Part shown: piece after piece, positions 39,499 to 48,256 of the stretch
Layout of the letters: each line of letters starts with the position of its first letter
How positions within the stretch are numbered: the stretch's first letter is position 1
NCBI GenBank assembly: GCA_029855935.1
Contig: JAGSHN010000005.1
Span: 128,001-192,000, forward strand
Length of the DNA: 64,000 bases
From: Candidatus Thorarchaeota archaeon
Lineage (GTDB): Archaea > Asgardarchaeota > Thorarchaeia > Thorarchaeales > Thorarchaeaceae
Direction: 5' to 3'
Position numbers and translations under genes: made by a program
The notes under the pieces: model-generated
What the model saw: only the letters and a program-made list of their open reading frames with translations
Database searches by the model: none
Told to the model about the DNA's origin: nothing

Positions 39499-40114
39499 CA
39501 CGCGAGAACTAGTCGTCTTCGTAGGAAGAAGTAATGTCGGGAAGAGCAGTATCATCAGAGCCCTCACGGGGAAGCGGGTCCGTGTCGGAAAGCATCCCGG
39601 CAGCACTCGCAAGTTCCTAGCTCTCGATATGGGGCCAGTCATCTTCATAGACATGCCCGGATTTGGGTATATGGCCAAGCAGAGCAGGACCAAGATTGAG
39701 GAAACTAAGACAGCCATAGTCAGGTCTCTTGAGAAGCTTCAGGAGAGAATCGTATTGGGAGTTCTCATACTGGATGTTTCCCTATTCAGAGAAATAGTAG
39801 AGAGATGGGAGCGGCGTGGAGAGATTCCAATAGATGTGGAGTTCTATGCGTTCCTCCACGAGGTGGCAAGACAGGTCATAGTTGTGGCCAACAAGATCGA
39901 TAAGGTGCGTAGACGCGATAGAGGGGACGTATTGAGTTACGTCGCTCAGCGTCTGACCGAGGCGATGCCAACAAAACAACTCAATCTTGTCGTGACATCT
40001 GCGTCTAAGAAACACGGCATCTCAGAGCTGAGAGAGGCCATAGAGGCATGTCTTGATAGCGAGGGTGTTGGCATCCCGCGCTGGCCAGGGATTGAAGTTG
40101 ATCAGAGCGACTAG
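39467..40114 (+). CDS. engB: GTP-binding protein EngB/YsxC
   Basis: GRSNVGKSS, DMPGFG, NKID. Confidence 0.9.
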   Translation: MHEPISTGPDDTRELVVFVGRSNVGKSSIIRALTGKRVRVGKHPGSTRKFLALDMGPVIFIDMPGFGYMAKQSRTKIEETKTAIVRSLEKLQERIVLGVLILDVSLFREIVERWERRGEIPIDVEFYAFLHEVARQVIVVANKIDKVRRRDRGDVLSYVAQRLTEAMPTKQLNLVVTSASKKHGISELREAIEACLDSEGVGIPRWPGIEVDQSD

Positions 40115-41214
40115 CGTCGTTTCCTCACAGAATAGTATATGACTCCGAGCATAAGAACGACCGACGATACTGTGAGCATAGGAGTGATCGCAGTCGGCGA
40201 TTCGATGTGCTGCTCTGAGAGCCAGTTGAGGATGTTCATGAATAGGCGTGCATTGTCAGCAGTGTAGAACCACTTCATCTCCGAACGGGCGTCGGACTCT
40301 GGAAGGTCAAGTGGTCGACCGGTGAACATTATGGTAGACCCCGATATGACAATACGACTACGACCATACTCGAATGCGGCAAGCCAAGGCGGGAAAGTAC
40401 CGTTGATTGCCGAGTACGAATAGGGGCGCTCCTCAAACTCGGCCAGACTCATATTCGGAAACGAGATGTTAGCAAAAGAATACGGGCCCTTCCTGTACTG
40501 AGCAAAAGATGTGTCATAACCACGTGCAATCGCGCAGGAAACGTCAATGGGCTTGAGCGTAGCGGTCATCACGACCAGCTCATTGATGTCATTGAATATT
40601 GGATGAGAGGTGTTCCAAGTGGTACTGTCCAACCGAATGACCTGAGGGCGCGTTTCATTGAGCGCATGCTCATAATCGAACATAGAGTCAGACCAGTATC
40701 TATCCTCCGTGGCATTGATGCTGAACCGCACACCAGACATGTTGAGAGCATCGAGAAGCCTGTTGACCGCGATATTGTCTCCTAGGTCCTGAAACGGCTG
40801 TTCAGACCAGTATGTCGAGTTCTGATCGATTGCTGGATCTCCCATAATGAGCATGTCGCTCCCATTTTTGAGAAAGTCTGAGATGGCTCTAATCTCGGAG
40901 GGCTCGAATTCGCCGCTTCGGTCAGGATCCGCGATTATCAGAAGGTCGACATCGTTGAGGAGCGACTCATTGAGTGGGGAACCCTCGTGCACCTTGACGA
41001 GGTATCGCGTGGAGGCGTTCACCATATCGAGCATCAGCTTCAGACCGTTCTCTTCGTCGTCGGGAGCAAACTGTTGGAGATGGCTCGCGTCGTACAGGAC
41101 CACAATCGGATCCAACGTGGATTGGGCCCGAACGCCTAACGGGATGGACGACGCCATTGTCAGGGCAATAATGGCAATGGCAAGGAACTTTGACGATCTA
41201 CTGAGCCTCGACAT
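40111..41214 (-). CDS. Secreted, C-terminally anchored GIFT-domain (GldG/IFT52/WBP1-like) protein
   Basis: Signal peptide; VLYDASH, DLLIIADP, RIVISGS..MF, DNARLFMNILNWL; TM plus RKRR tail; many NxS/T sequons. Confidence 0.65.
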   Translation of the reverse strand: MSRLSRSSKFLAIAIIALTMASSIPLGVRAQSTLDPIVVLYDASHLQQFAPDDEENGLKLMLDMVNASTRYLVKVHEGSPLNESLLNDVDLLIIADPDRSGEFEPSEIRAISDFLKNGSDMLIMGDPAIDQNSTYWSEQPFQDLGDNIAVNRLLDALNMSGVRFSINATEDRYWSDSMFDYEHALNETRPQVIRLDSTTWNTSHPIFNDINELVVMTATLKPIDVSCAIARGYDTSFAQYRKGPYSFANISFPNMSLAEFEERPYSYSAINGTFPPWLAAFEYGRSRIVISGSTIMFTGRPLDLPESDARSEMKWFYTADNARLFMNILNWLSEQHIESPTAITPMLTVSSVVLMLGVIYYSVRKRR

Positions 41215-41367
41215 CTTGGGGTTTCCGACCTTCCTGCTCAGACTGCGACCACCAATCTGGCTTCGGTTTTAAAGATATTCCTCGGATTTTGGGATGAAAT
41301 GAACTCAACGAGAGGCAGCCTCTAGTGAGGCCGGACAGCAGGAGGGCCACTGGGGGCTGACAGAGGC

Positions 41368-41754
41368 CTAGTCTGTGCGTCGCCATCGTGCGAGGAACTC
41401 TTTCCGTTCGGAATCGTGTACGTGGACACGTGTAAAACGACCGAGAATCTGAGCAATCTCCTGTGCTAGGAGATGATAACAGAAGTCTAAACGATGAGAC
41501 AGTACTACGTCTTGGTAGAAACTTCGGCAGCTGCAATAGACGTTGGGTATCACCAGGTATTCTCGTTTGGCCCCGAGCACTATCCACCTGCTTGTTCCAC
41601 TCGGTCTGAAAATGTAGTGCTGTACTCTATCCTCTTCCACTGCTCGAGCCGCACGAATGAATCTATTGCCATATTGATTGGTGAGAACTTCCACTGTCCT
41701 ATTGTTAATACCGTTTGACCTGATCAGTTCAATCTCAGACTCGCTAAGGACCAT
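41368..41754 (-). CDS. SWIM zinc-finger protein, SWS1/ZSWIM7-like
   Basis: YCSCRSF...CYHLLA SWIM motif with SG.. and VLG upstream blocks. Confidence 0.78.
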   Translation of the reverse strand: MVLSESEIELIRSNGINNRTVEVLTNQYGNRFIRAARAVEEDRVQHYIFRPSGTSRWIVLGAKREYLVIPNVYCSCRSFYQDVVLSHRLDFCYHLLAQEIAQILGRFTRVHVHDSERKEFLARWRRTD

Positions 41755-41816
41755 CCTTGGTCAATAGGTCATTACAGCAGCGGTTAAAACATTGTGCCCT
41801 CTCAGATGACGGTGAA

Positions 41817-42647
41817 ATGGAGATCATTCTTGAGAGACGTGGAATGATTCTATCGTCCGGTGACCGATCGTCACTTCTTGTCGCAGACCTACACCTGGGA
41901 CTCCACAGAGAACTTGAAACTAGGACTGGTGCTGTCTTCGACTCAGAGCAGGAGGCCATCACACACGATATTGAGAAACTCATCAGGCGATACAGAGTGG
42001 ATAATCTGTGGATTGTAGGCGATCTGAAACACTCCATTGGAGTTGACACGGGATACAACTGGAGCGAGATTCCCAAGTTCCTAGACAGACTCAGTAGCAG
42101 GGTGAACGTCACGATACTTCCAGGCAACCACGATGGCGAGATTCGCGCACTAGTTCCAAGGAGAGTTGTAATAGGCGACGCTAGGGGGTGTACGGTCTGG
42201 CGCGGGGAACTGGTAATAGCCGCCGTTCATGGTCATGCTTGGCCCTCACCAGAGGTGCTGAGCGCAGATGTCATTGTGATGGGACATAATCATCCAGCCA
42301 TTCGTATCATCCATGAAGTTCCCCTCGGCAGTGGCGGACGAGTTAGAAGGAGAGGAATGCCAGTTCCTGTCTTTCTGAAGATGCCATTGAGCAGGCAATG
42401 CGTCGCAAGGCACGCGAGGATGAACTCAAGAACCGAGAGACGCGGAGAGGCAGTATTGTTCGTCATGCCAAGTTTCAATCCGCTCGCAGCAGGTGTAAAC
42501 ATAGGCAGAGCGGATGCGAAACTACGCGGACCTATGATAGAGAGCGGATGTGCTGACAAGTCCCAAGCGGACGTATACAGCGAGAACGGAGTATTCCTGG
42601 GAGATCTGGCGAGTCTATCAGAGAGAACTAACGAAAGCATTAAATGA
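41817..42647 (+). CDS. Calcineurin-like metallophosphoesterase (COG1407-like)
   Basis: ADLHLG, GDLKH, PGNHD, HGH, GHNHP, MPSFN. Confidence 0.88.
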   Translation: MEIILERRGMILSSGDRSSLLVADLHLGLHRELETRTGAVFDSEQEAITHDIEKLIRRYRVDNLWIVGDLKHSIGVDTGYNWSEIPKFLDRLSSRVNVTILPGNHDGEIRALVPRRVVIGDARGCTVWRGELVIAAVHGHAWPSPEVLSADVIVMGHNHPAIRIIHEVPLGSGGRVRRRGMPVPVFLKMPLSRQCVARHARMNSRTERRGEAVLFVMPSFNPLAAGVNIGRADAKLRGPMIESGCADKSQADVYSENGVFLGDLASLSERTNESIK

Positions 42648-42672
42648 CTCCAGAGGCGGAATTGAGATTGAT

Positions 42673-42749
42673 GGGTCGGTGGTCTAGCTTGGTATGATTC
42701 TTGGTTCGGGACCAAGAGGTCGCGAGTTCAAATCTCGTCCGGCCCACCA
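42673..42749 (+). tRNA. tRNA-Pro(CGG), no intron, CCA encoded
   Basis: GGGTCGG/CCGGCCC acceptor; CTTGG-TTCGGGA-CCAAG anticodon arm; GAGTTCAAATCTC T-arm. Confidence 0.95.
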
Positions 42750-42818
42750 CCGACCCACCGTCTTCTGCTAGAGCATAGCTCGGAAACATTGACACTGTCT
42801 TCGGGGGGGAATTACACA

Positions 42819-43295
42819 TCACTGTTGTGCCGATTTGATTGCGTGGAGAAGAACGGACGCCGTTGCGGCCGGACCAATATCGATCTGGGAGTCAATGCTT
42901 ACACACTCGCCAAGGTCCATCTCTCGCCTTGAGAATGAACTGGTACTGCCGGACAGGGTTATCATAACACGCTCACCGTTTGTTACCTGCCGCGACAAAT
43001 CGTGCAGATTCACACGATTCTTCGTCAACATTGGGGAAACCAGCATCAGAGGACGCGCTACGCCCAACAGTTCGATGGCATCTGACAAGTCTGGCAAGAC
43101 GATGAATCTACCGTTCATCTTCAGAGCAAGTTTGTTCGCATCTGGAACACCGCTCTGGGCAGCAGCACCCTCCGGTTTCGATACTATGAATGTTGGAAAA
43201 CCCATCCCGTACACAACTTGGGCAGTGTCTACGACTTTGCTGACGGAGTGGACATTGTGGAGTACGACGAATACGTTATCAAACTTATGAAACAT
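42819..43295 (-). CDS. DUF2122/COG4080 SPOUT-like protein
   Basis: VLHNVHS, GAAAQSGVP, PDLSDAIELL, FSRREMDLG, IGP. Confidence 0.7.
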   Translation of the reverse strand: MFHKFDNVFVVLHNVHSVSKVVDTAQVVYGMGFPTFIVSKPEGAAAQSGVPDANKLALKMNGRFIVLPDLSDAIELLGVARPLMLVSPMLTKNRVNLHDLSRQVTNGERVMITLSGSTSSFSRREMDLGECVSIDSQIDIGPAATASVLLHAIKSAQQ

Positions 43296-44247
43296 GAACC
43301 TGAACCTCCTGTGCAATCAGATGGGAGATCAGAGGTGGAACACTCTCTCCAACTTGATTGTATTGGCTTTCAATCGGGCCTACAAACTGGTAGTCATCAG
43401 GATAACTCATCAGTCTTGCGTGTTCTCTCACAGTGAGTAATCGGTGCTCATATGGATGTATGTATCGTGAGAGACCGTTGACAGATGTTGCGACTTGATT
43501 TGGATGAAGACGTACCCAGTTGGGGATGGTCCGTCCACGAGATCGAAAGTACCGAATTCCTTGACCCCAACGAGTCTTACGTACGAGCTTCTCTCGCGAC
43601 GGGGGCAGCAGGCGCAGCTGATGATTCGGAACATCGTTCGCTTGAGGTGAGAACAGAGCATCAAGACCTAATGGTGGTAAGTCGCCGATGGCCTCCTCAA
43701 CAACTGGGGCACGACGACGAGGCAGATGCAGTCGAATGTTGCTGATGAATAGCCTCAGCCTGCGAGACGGGTTCCCGTGCTCTTCAGCCCGGATCAGATT
43801 GAAGTTGACGTTGCTGATACCAGCCCGCTCCATCTCCTCCAGCACTATGTCTCGGCCACCTGCACGAAGCAGAGCTGCTACGTTCTCGATAACATAGACC
43901 TGTGGCTCTAGGTCGCCGATGAGCCGAATCGCATCGAGGAGTAGTCGCGCTGTCCCCTCGCCATAGACCCGCTCGATTGCAGGGCGCTCACTAGTCGGGT
44001 TGGCCAAACTGAACTCCTCACATGGGGGAGAGGCGATGACTATATCCGGTCGACCTCCAAGGAACCGTTCAATAGTCAGGGAGTGAAGGGCGCGGATATC
44101 GTGTAGCAGCACCGTTGCCTGCGGATTATTCAACTGGTAGGTTGCAAGAGCGAACGAATCCACATCTATTGCAAGATGATGCGTTGCAAGATGGGCGAAT
44201 CCCTGTGAGAAGCCTCCAGCGCCGCAGAAGAGGTCAACAATCTTCAT
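43285..44247 (-). CDS. C5 cytosine methyltransferase (orphan)
   Basis: DLFCGAGG, SPPCEEFS, ENV, RLRLF, LTVREHARLMSYP, QVGESVPP. Confidence 0.9.
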   Translation of the reverse strand: MKIVDLFCGAGGFSQGFAHLATHHLAIDVDSFALATYQLNNPQATVLLHDIRALHSLTIERFLGGRPDIVIASPPCEEFSLANPTSERPAIERVYGEGTARLLLDAIRLIGDLEPQVYVIENVAALLRAGGRDIVLEEMERAGISNVNFNLIRAEEHGNPSRRLRLFISNIRLHLPRRRAPVVEEAIGDLPPLGLDALFSPQANDVPNHQLRLLPPSREKLVRKTRWGQGIRYFRSRGRTIPNWVRLHPNQVATSVNGLSRYIHPYEHRLLTVREHARLMSYPDDYQFVGPIESQYNQVGESVPPLISHLIAQEVQVHVS

Positions 44248-44401
44248 GCTCGTCACCGGGTCGGAACCAGGCAATAGAAACCTATCGGTTGATGATTAAC
44301 CAAGAAGAGTTCAAACAGGTGTGCTAGGCAGCTGTCGACGGAAGAGTTCAAATGGAACGATGAACAACAGACCGCTCACACCGCAACAAGAGAGTGAGAG
44401 A

Positions 44402-45343
44402 ATGGGCACCGGAACAGGAAAGGGCAAGACCATTCTGTTTGGTGAGCACTTTGTCGTATACGGATATCCAGCACTAGCTGCAGGAATTGCAGCTGAAACT
44501 GTTGCTGTTGTGACGAGAAAGGAAGAGCCCGGCTGGACGCTTGACGATCAGAGACCCGAGATGCCGGGCTACAAGAAGGAGAAAGCCGAAGAGCAGCGCA
44601 TCTCGATAGAAAACGTCCTGCGATTCTGTGGAATTGATGTGTCAAAACAGGGCATTCACATAGAGTTTGGTGGTAATCTCGTTTGTGCCTCAGGAATAGG
44701 TGCGAGTGCGGCAAGCTGCGTTGCACTTGCACGTGCACTGAATGACGAGTTTGGACTGGGCTTCGACGACGAGAAGATAAATGAGGCTGCATACGAGGGG
44801 GAGAAAGGCTATCATGGGACCCCCTCGGGGATAGACAATACCGCATCGACATTTGGCGGACTTGTGTGGTATGTGCGGAATTTGGAGGGCGGACCACCAA
44901 CCTTTGAGAGAATCAAACTATCAAGGGGAGTAGACCTCGTCATTGCGGCAACGGGACTGACTGCTAGTACGAGGGAAGTGGTGGGTGATGTTAGAAGGAA
45001 GAAGGAGAGTAACCCTGAATGGTTCAAGGAGATAGTGACGGAGTATGATGGACTCGTCAGATCGGCTAGGGAGGCCCTCATCGCCCTCGACCTCAAGAAG
45101 GTGGGAGAACTGATGAACAGAAACCACGAACTGCTACAGGAACTGACAGTTTCCTGCGAGGAGCTAGACAATCTTGTGGGCATAGCACGAGAGAACGGTG
45201 CTCTGGGGGCAAAGCTTACGGGAACGGGACGAGGGGGGAATATGATAGCGCTGGCAGAAAGCCCACAGGCGGCACAAGACATCGGGGAGGCCTTGAAAAG
45301 GGGAGGTGCTGCTGCTGTGTGGATAACATCGTTTGGACTATGA
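44402..45343 (+). CDS. mvk: Mevalonate kinase
   Basis: KTILFGEHFVVYG, SGIGASAA, HGTPSGIDN, AKLTGTGRGG. Confidence 0.92.
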   Translation: MGTGTGKGKTILFGEHFVVYGYPALAAGIAAETVAVVTRKEEPGWTLDDQRPEMPGYKKEKAEEQRISIENVLRFCGIDVSKQGIHIEFGGNLVCASGIGASAASCVALARALNDEFGLGFDDEKINEAAYEGEKGYHGTPSGIDNTASTFGGLVWYVRNLEGGPPTFERIKLSRGVDLVIAATGLTASTREVVGDVRRKKESNPEWFKEIVTEYDGLVRSAREALIALDLKKVGELMNRNHELLQELTVSCEELDNLVGIARENGALGAKLTGTGRGGNMIALAESPQAAQDIGEALKRGGAAAVWITSFGL

Positions 45344-45370
45344 GAACTAATCAAGAGGAGGTAGAGAACG

Positions 45371-46678
45371 GTGATTCTGGAGGAATACGTCAACACCCAA
45401 CGAAATGATGGCAGACTCAGAGTGGTAAGAAAAGAGGTTTCCAAGAACTTGGAGGCCGCGGGAGTTCTAAGTGCAATGGAGCCTACTCCAATTCTCTTCG
45501 AAAACATAGCGGAGTCCGAATTCAGGGTTGTGGGAAACCTCTTCTGCACGAAGATGCAGATAGCAGACTACTTCGGCATCTCGGTTCAGGACATCATCCC
45601 CATCCTCACCGCAGCGATTGAGAAGAGAAGCCCACCAGAGGTCACGGACAATGCACCATGTCAAGAGGTTGTGAGAGAGCACGTCGACCTGAATGAGCTG
45701 CCGATACTCGTGCACAATGAGGTTGATGGTGGGCCGTACATCTCGTCGGGCGTGATGGTGGCATCCGACCCGGAGTATGGTCAGAACCTGGACTTCCACA
45801 GAGCCATGCAATTTGACAAAGACAAGATGGTGATTCGTGTTGTCCGTGGGCGCGACTTTCACAAGTTCCTACAGAAGAATGGAGAACTTGATGTGGCACT
45901 TTGTGTTGGAAACACTCCAGAGGTTCTCATCGCGGCCGCAACGTCGGTAGAAACTGGCATCAACGAGCTTGAGATTGCGAATGCGCTTCGGCCAATTCAG
46001 GTCACAAAGGCCAAGCTCTCAGACCTGTTGATTCCTGCCGACTGTGAGTTCGTTCTCGAGGGGCGGGTCTTTCTTGAGGAGCTTCACGACGAAGGACCAT
46101 TCATTGACCTCACAGAAACTGTCGATGTAGTCCGACAGGAACCGGTCTTTGAAGTCAGGAAGATAACTCATAGGAAGACGGCCATCTGGCAGGCTCTGCT
46201 CCCAGGTAAGCTGGAGCACAAGATCCTGATGGGAATGCCACGTGAGCCCACAATATTCAGAAAGGTCAGGGAGAGAAACGTGGAGGTTCTCGACGTGTAC
46301 ATCACACCGGGAGGCGCGAGCTGGCTCCATGTCGCTGTCAAAATAAGAAAGCACAATGAGGATGACGGGCTGAGAGCCGTCCAGGCTGCATTTGAGGGCC
46401 ATAAGAGCGCAAAGCATGTCTGGGTGTACGACGATGATATAGACATCTATGATGAGCGTGAGCGTGAGTGGGCCATGGCAACTAGGTTTCAGGCCGATGA
46501 GGACCTTCTGATCAAAGACAGGGAGCCCGGTAGCTCTCTCGACCCCAGCGCCGAGCCGGGCACCAAGATGACGACCAAGGTGGGATTTGACTGTACAAAG
46601 CCCCTTGTCACAAAGGGCAAGAGCTTTGACAAGGCGAAATTCCCTGTCGTTGATGTTGATAAGTATCTGGGTGAGTGA
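45371..46678 (+). CDS. UbiD-family decarboxylase, probable anhydromevalonate phosphate decarboxylase
   Basis: DGGPYI, EFVLEG, EGPFID, DDDIDI, SSLDPS; between mvk and acnX genes. Confidence 0.85.
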   Translation: MILEEYVNTQRNDGRLRVVRKEVSKNLEAAGVLSAMEPTPILFENIAESEFRVVGNLFCTKMQIADYFGISVQDIIPILTAAIEKRSPPEVTDNAPCQEVVREHVDLNELPILVHNEVDGGPYISSGVMVASDPEYGQNLDFHRAMQFDKDKMVIRVVRGRDFHKFLQKNGELDVALCVGNTPEVLIAAATSVETGINELEIANALRPIQVTKAKLSDLLIPADCEFVLEGRVFLEELHDEGPFIDLTETVDVVRQEPVFEVRKITHRKTAIWQALLPGKLEHKILMGMPREPTIFRKVRERNVEVLDVYITPGGASWLHVAVKIRKHNEDDGLRAVQAAFEGHKSAKHVWVYDDDIDIYDEREREWAMATRFQADEDLLIKDREPGSSLDPSAEPGTKMTTKVGFDCTKPLVTKGKSFDKAKFPVVDVDKYLGE

Positions 46679-46679
46679 A

Positions 46680-47867
46680 ATGGGACTCGAACTGACGAGA
46701 GAAGAACAAGAGATGCTGGACGGGAAACACGGCAAGGCAACCCAGAAAGCAATGGAGATTATCACAACACTGGGAGAAATATATGGTGCAGAGAAACTGA
46801 TTCCGGTTTCAAGCGTGCAGATTGCGGGTGTCTCATATCACAACCTCGGAGAGGCTGGGCTTGAGTATCTCGCGGAGATGGCGGAGGACGGAAGGGTGCG
46901 CGTTCTGACCACTCTCAATCCAGCAGGTATGGACCTGACCGAGTGGAAAAAACATGGAATTCCCGAGGACTTTGCCAAGAATCAGCAACGAGTGGTCGAA
47001 GCATTTGCAAGGATGGGGGTCATAACTACCTGCACCTGCACCCCCTATCTGATTGGCAACCTTCCGCACTACGGTGAACACATAGCTTGGGCCGAGTCCT
47101 CTGCGGTCTGCTTTGCTAACTCGATTATCGGAGCACGAACGAATCGCGAGGGCGGTCCCAGCGCTCTCGCCGCGGCACTCACTGGACGGACAGCGGAATA
47201 CGGACTTCATCTCGATGAAAACAGGAATGCACAAGTGAGATACATTGTGGAGGCCGACCTTGAAAACACGGACGACTTTGGTCTGCTGGGAAAGGTGATA
47301 GGTGACCGTACCAAGAAGAGGGTGCCATATATAGTCGGCATAGAGAGTGCGACCACTGAGGAATTGAAGTCTCTCTGTGCATCCATTGCGACATACGGCG
47401 GTCTGGGCATATTTCACATCGAGGGCATAACGCCCAACCGAACACCAATCCCTGAAGAAACAGAAACGGTCACTCAAGAAGATCTGGAGCAGGCGAGGGA
47501 CGAACTCGACGACCGGGACGCGGAAATAGACTTCATCAGCATTGGATGCCCTCACGCCAGCATAAAGGAGATAGTGAGGGTTGCTGAACTCCTGAAGGGG
47601 AAAAAGATTGCTGAGGGGAAGACTGTCTGGATAACCACTGCAAGGCCAACAAAGGATCTTGCCATCAAGATGGGATACTATGACATCATAGAACAGGCAG
47701 GAGCATTCCTTGTCAGCGATGCTTGCTGTGCAGTGGCCCCGCTCAAGGGCAGGTTCAAGGGCCTGATGACGGACTCCGCCAAGGCTTGCTTCTATGCCAG
47801 AGGCAAGAACAAGTTCAGGACCGAGATTCGGACTGTGGAGGAATGCATCAGGGAGGCGACATCATGA
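46680..47867 (+). CDS. Aconitase X large subunit, probable phosphomevalonate dehydratase
   Basis: TTLNP, TCTCTPY, WAESSA, GARTNRE, IGCPH, TDSAKAC. Confidence 0.88.
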   Translation: MGLELTREEQEMLDGKHGKATQKAMEIITTLGEIYGAEKLIPVSSVQIAGVSYHNLGEAGLEYLAEMAEDGRVRVLTTLNPAGMDLTEWKKHGIPEDFAKNQQRVVEAFARMGVITTCTCTPYLIGNLPHYGEHIAWAESSAVCFANSIIGARTNREGGPSALAAALTGRTAEYGLHLDENRNAQVRYIVEADLENTDDFGLLGKVIGDRTKKRVPYIVGIESATTEELKSLCASIATYGGLGIFHIEGITPNRTPIPEETETVTQEDLEQARDELDDRDAEIDFISIGCPHASIKEIVRVAELLKGKKIAEGKTVWITTARPTKDLAIKMGYYDIIEQAGAFLVSDACCAVAPLKGRFKGLMTDSAKACFYARGKNKFRTEIRTVEECIREATS

Positions 47868-48256
47868 AACTCCAGGGAAGGCGCATATTCAAGGGAAAAG
47901 CAACGGGAGAGGTCCTCGCCACCTCCGAGGACATCTCGTTCTACGGAGGCTGCGATCCGGAAACAGGGGAGATTGTCGAGAAGAACCACCCTCTTGAGGG
48001 GCAGTCCGTTGCGGGGAAAGTTCTGGTATTTCCAACGGGAAAGGGCAGCACAGTCGGATCATACGTTCTGTACGCCCTGAAGAAAGCAGGTAAGGCCCCT
48101 CTTGCAATTATCAATAGGGCGACGGACCCCGTCATTGCCGTCGGATGTATAATAAGTGAGATTCCCGCAGTGGATCAGATAGACATAGACCATCTCAGGA
48201 CGGGACAGAGAGTGGAAGTGGATGCAGACAACGGCACCGTCACAATCTTGGACTAG
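47864..48256 (+). CDS. Aconitase X small (swivel, DUF126) subunit
   Basis: ISFYGGCDPETG, GKGSTVGS; ATGA overlap. Confidence 0.88.
   Translation: MKLQGRRIFKGKATGEVLATSEDISFYGGCDPETGEIVEKNHPLEGQSVAGKVLVFPTGKGSTVGSYVLYALKKAGKAPLAIINRATDPVIAVGCIISEIPAVDQIDIDHLRTGQRVEVDADNGTVTILD

Noticed and set aside
25381-47555. Long antisense ORFs (25381-26184, 28883-29563, 44812-45549, 46019-46765, 46833-47555)
   Set aside because: Lie almost entirely opposite well-supported genes and have no recognisable motifs
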